Source: Candidatus Latescibacterota bacterium
GTDB lineage: Bacteria > Latescibacterota > UBA2968
DNA length: 64,000 nt
Assembly: GCA_965198115.1 (NCBI GenBank)
Contig: OZ240241.1
Coordinates: 96,001-160,000 of the forward strand
Direction of reading: 5' to 3'
Part shown: positions 63,821 to 64,000 of the stretch, one piece after another
Layout of the letters: the number at the start of each line of letters is the position of its first letter
Position numbering within the stretch: the stretch's first letter is position 1
Notes under the pieces: generated by a model
Seen by the model: only the letters and a program-made list of their open reading frames with translations
The model's database searches: none
What the model was told of the DNA's origin: nothing
Program-made: the position numbers and the translations under genes

Positions 63821-64000
63821 GGCTATATCCGGATCTCTCAACGAGATGAAGTGGGTGAAGGTGCCGTGGTTCCTGGCATGGGGGCGCGGTTAGCGTGTGC
63901 GGAACCTCTTCGGAATCTGCTCAGGGATGTTTATGTCTCCGACGGTAAGGAAGATCATATCGTTGAATGCGTCGAGTGTGCGGAATCCGCTGGCTCGGTT
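63821..64000 (-). mobile_element. ISL3 copy 2 (right end only; runs off window)
   Basis: Near-identical to 10154-10333. Confidence 0.95.

Overview
Bacterial genomic window. The lineage is probably Latescibacterota-like or a related marine/sponge-associated candidate phylum; this is inferred only from the dockerin/EF-hand tails, cohesin-like proteins and PhyH/epimerase content. Three zones are visible. (i) 1-14.7 kb: tRNA-Phe, a Crp regulator, hydrolases and a TonB-dependent receptor, punctuated by IS630 and ISL3. (ii) ~14.7-39.5 kb: an IS-riddled accessory zone (IS630, IS256, IS3, IS21, IS1182) with relics of a phage tail gene, a plasmid-type parA/vapBC block and defence genes (DUF262-HEPN, OLD-like ATPase). 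It also holds an intact secreted redoxin gene with an in-frame UGA and a SECIS-like hairpin (probable selenoprotein missed by the ORF track), preceded by a duplicated structured non-coding motif. (iii) 39.6-62.5 kb: intact metabolic and regulatory genes. These include a tetraether-lipid-synthase (Tes/GDGT-MAS)-like radical SAM gene paired with a B12-radical SAM gene behind a sigma54/IHF-type promoter, metF, ino1, cinA, thiI, and a Psp-like envelope-stress module (small PspB-like proteins, ECF sigma, TPR histidine kinase, REC-PspF-like activator, PP2C phosphatase). The window ends in ISAzo13 and ISL3 elements. All calls are by eye, without database searches.
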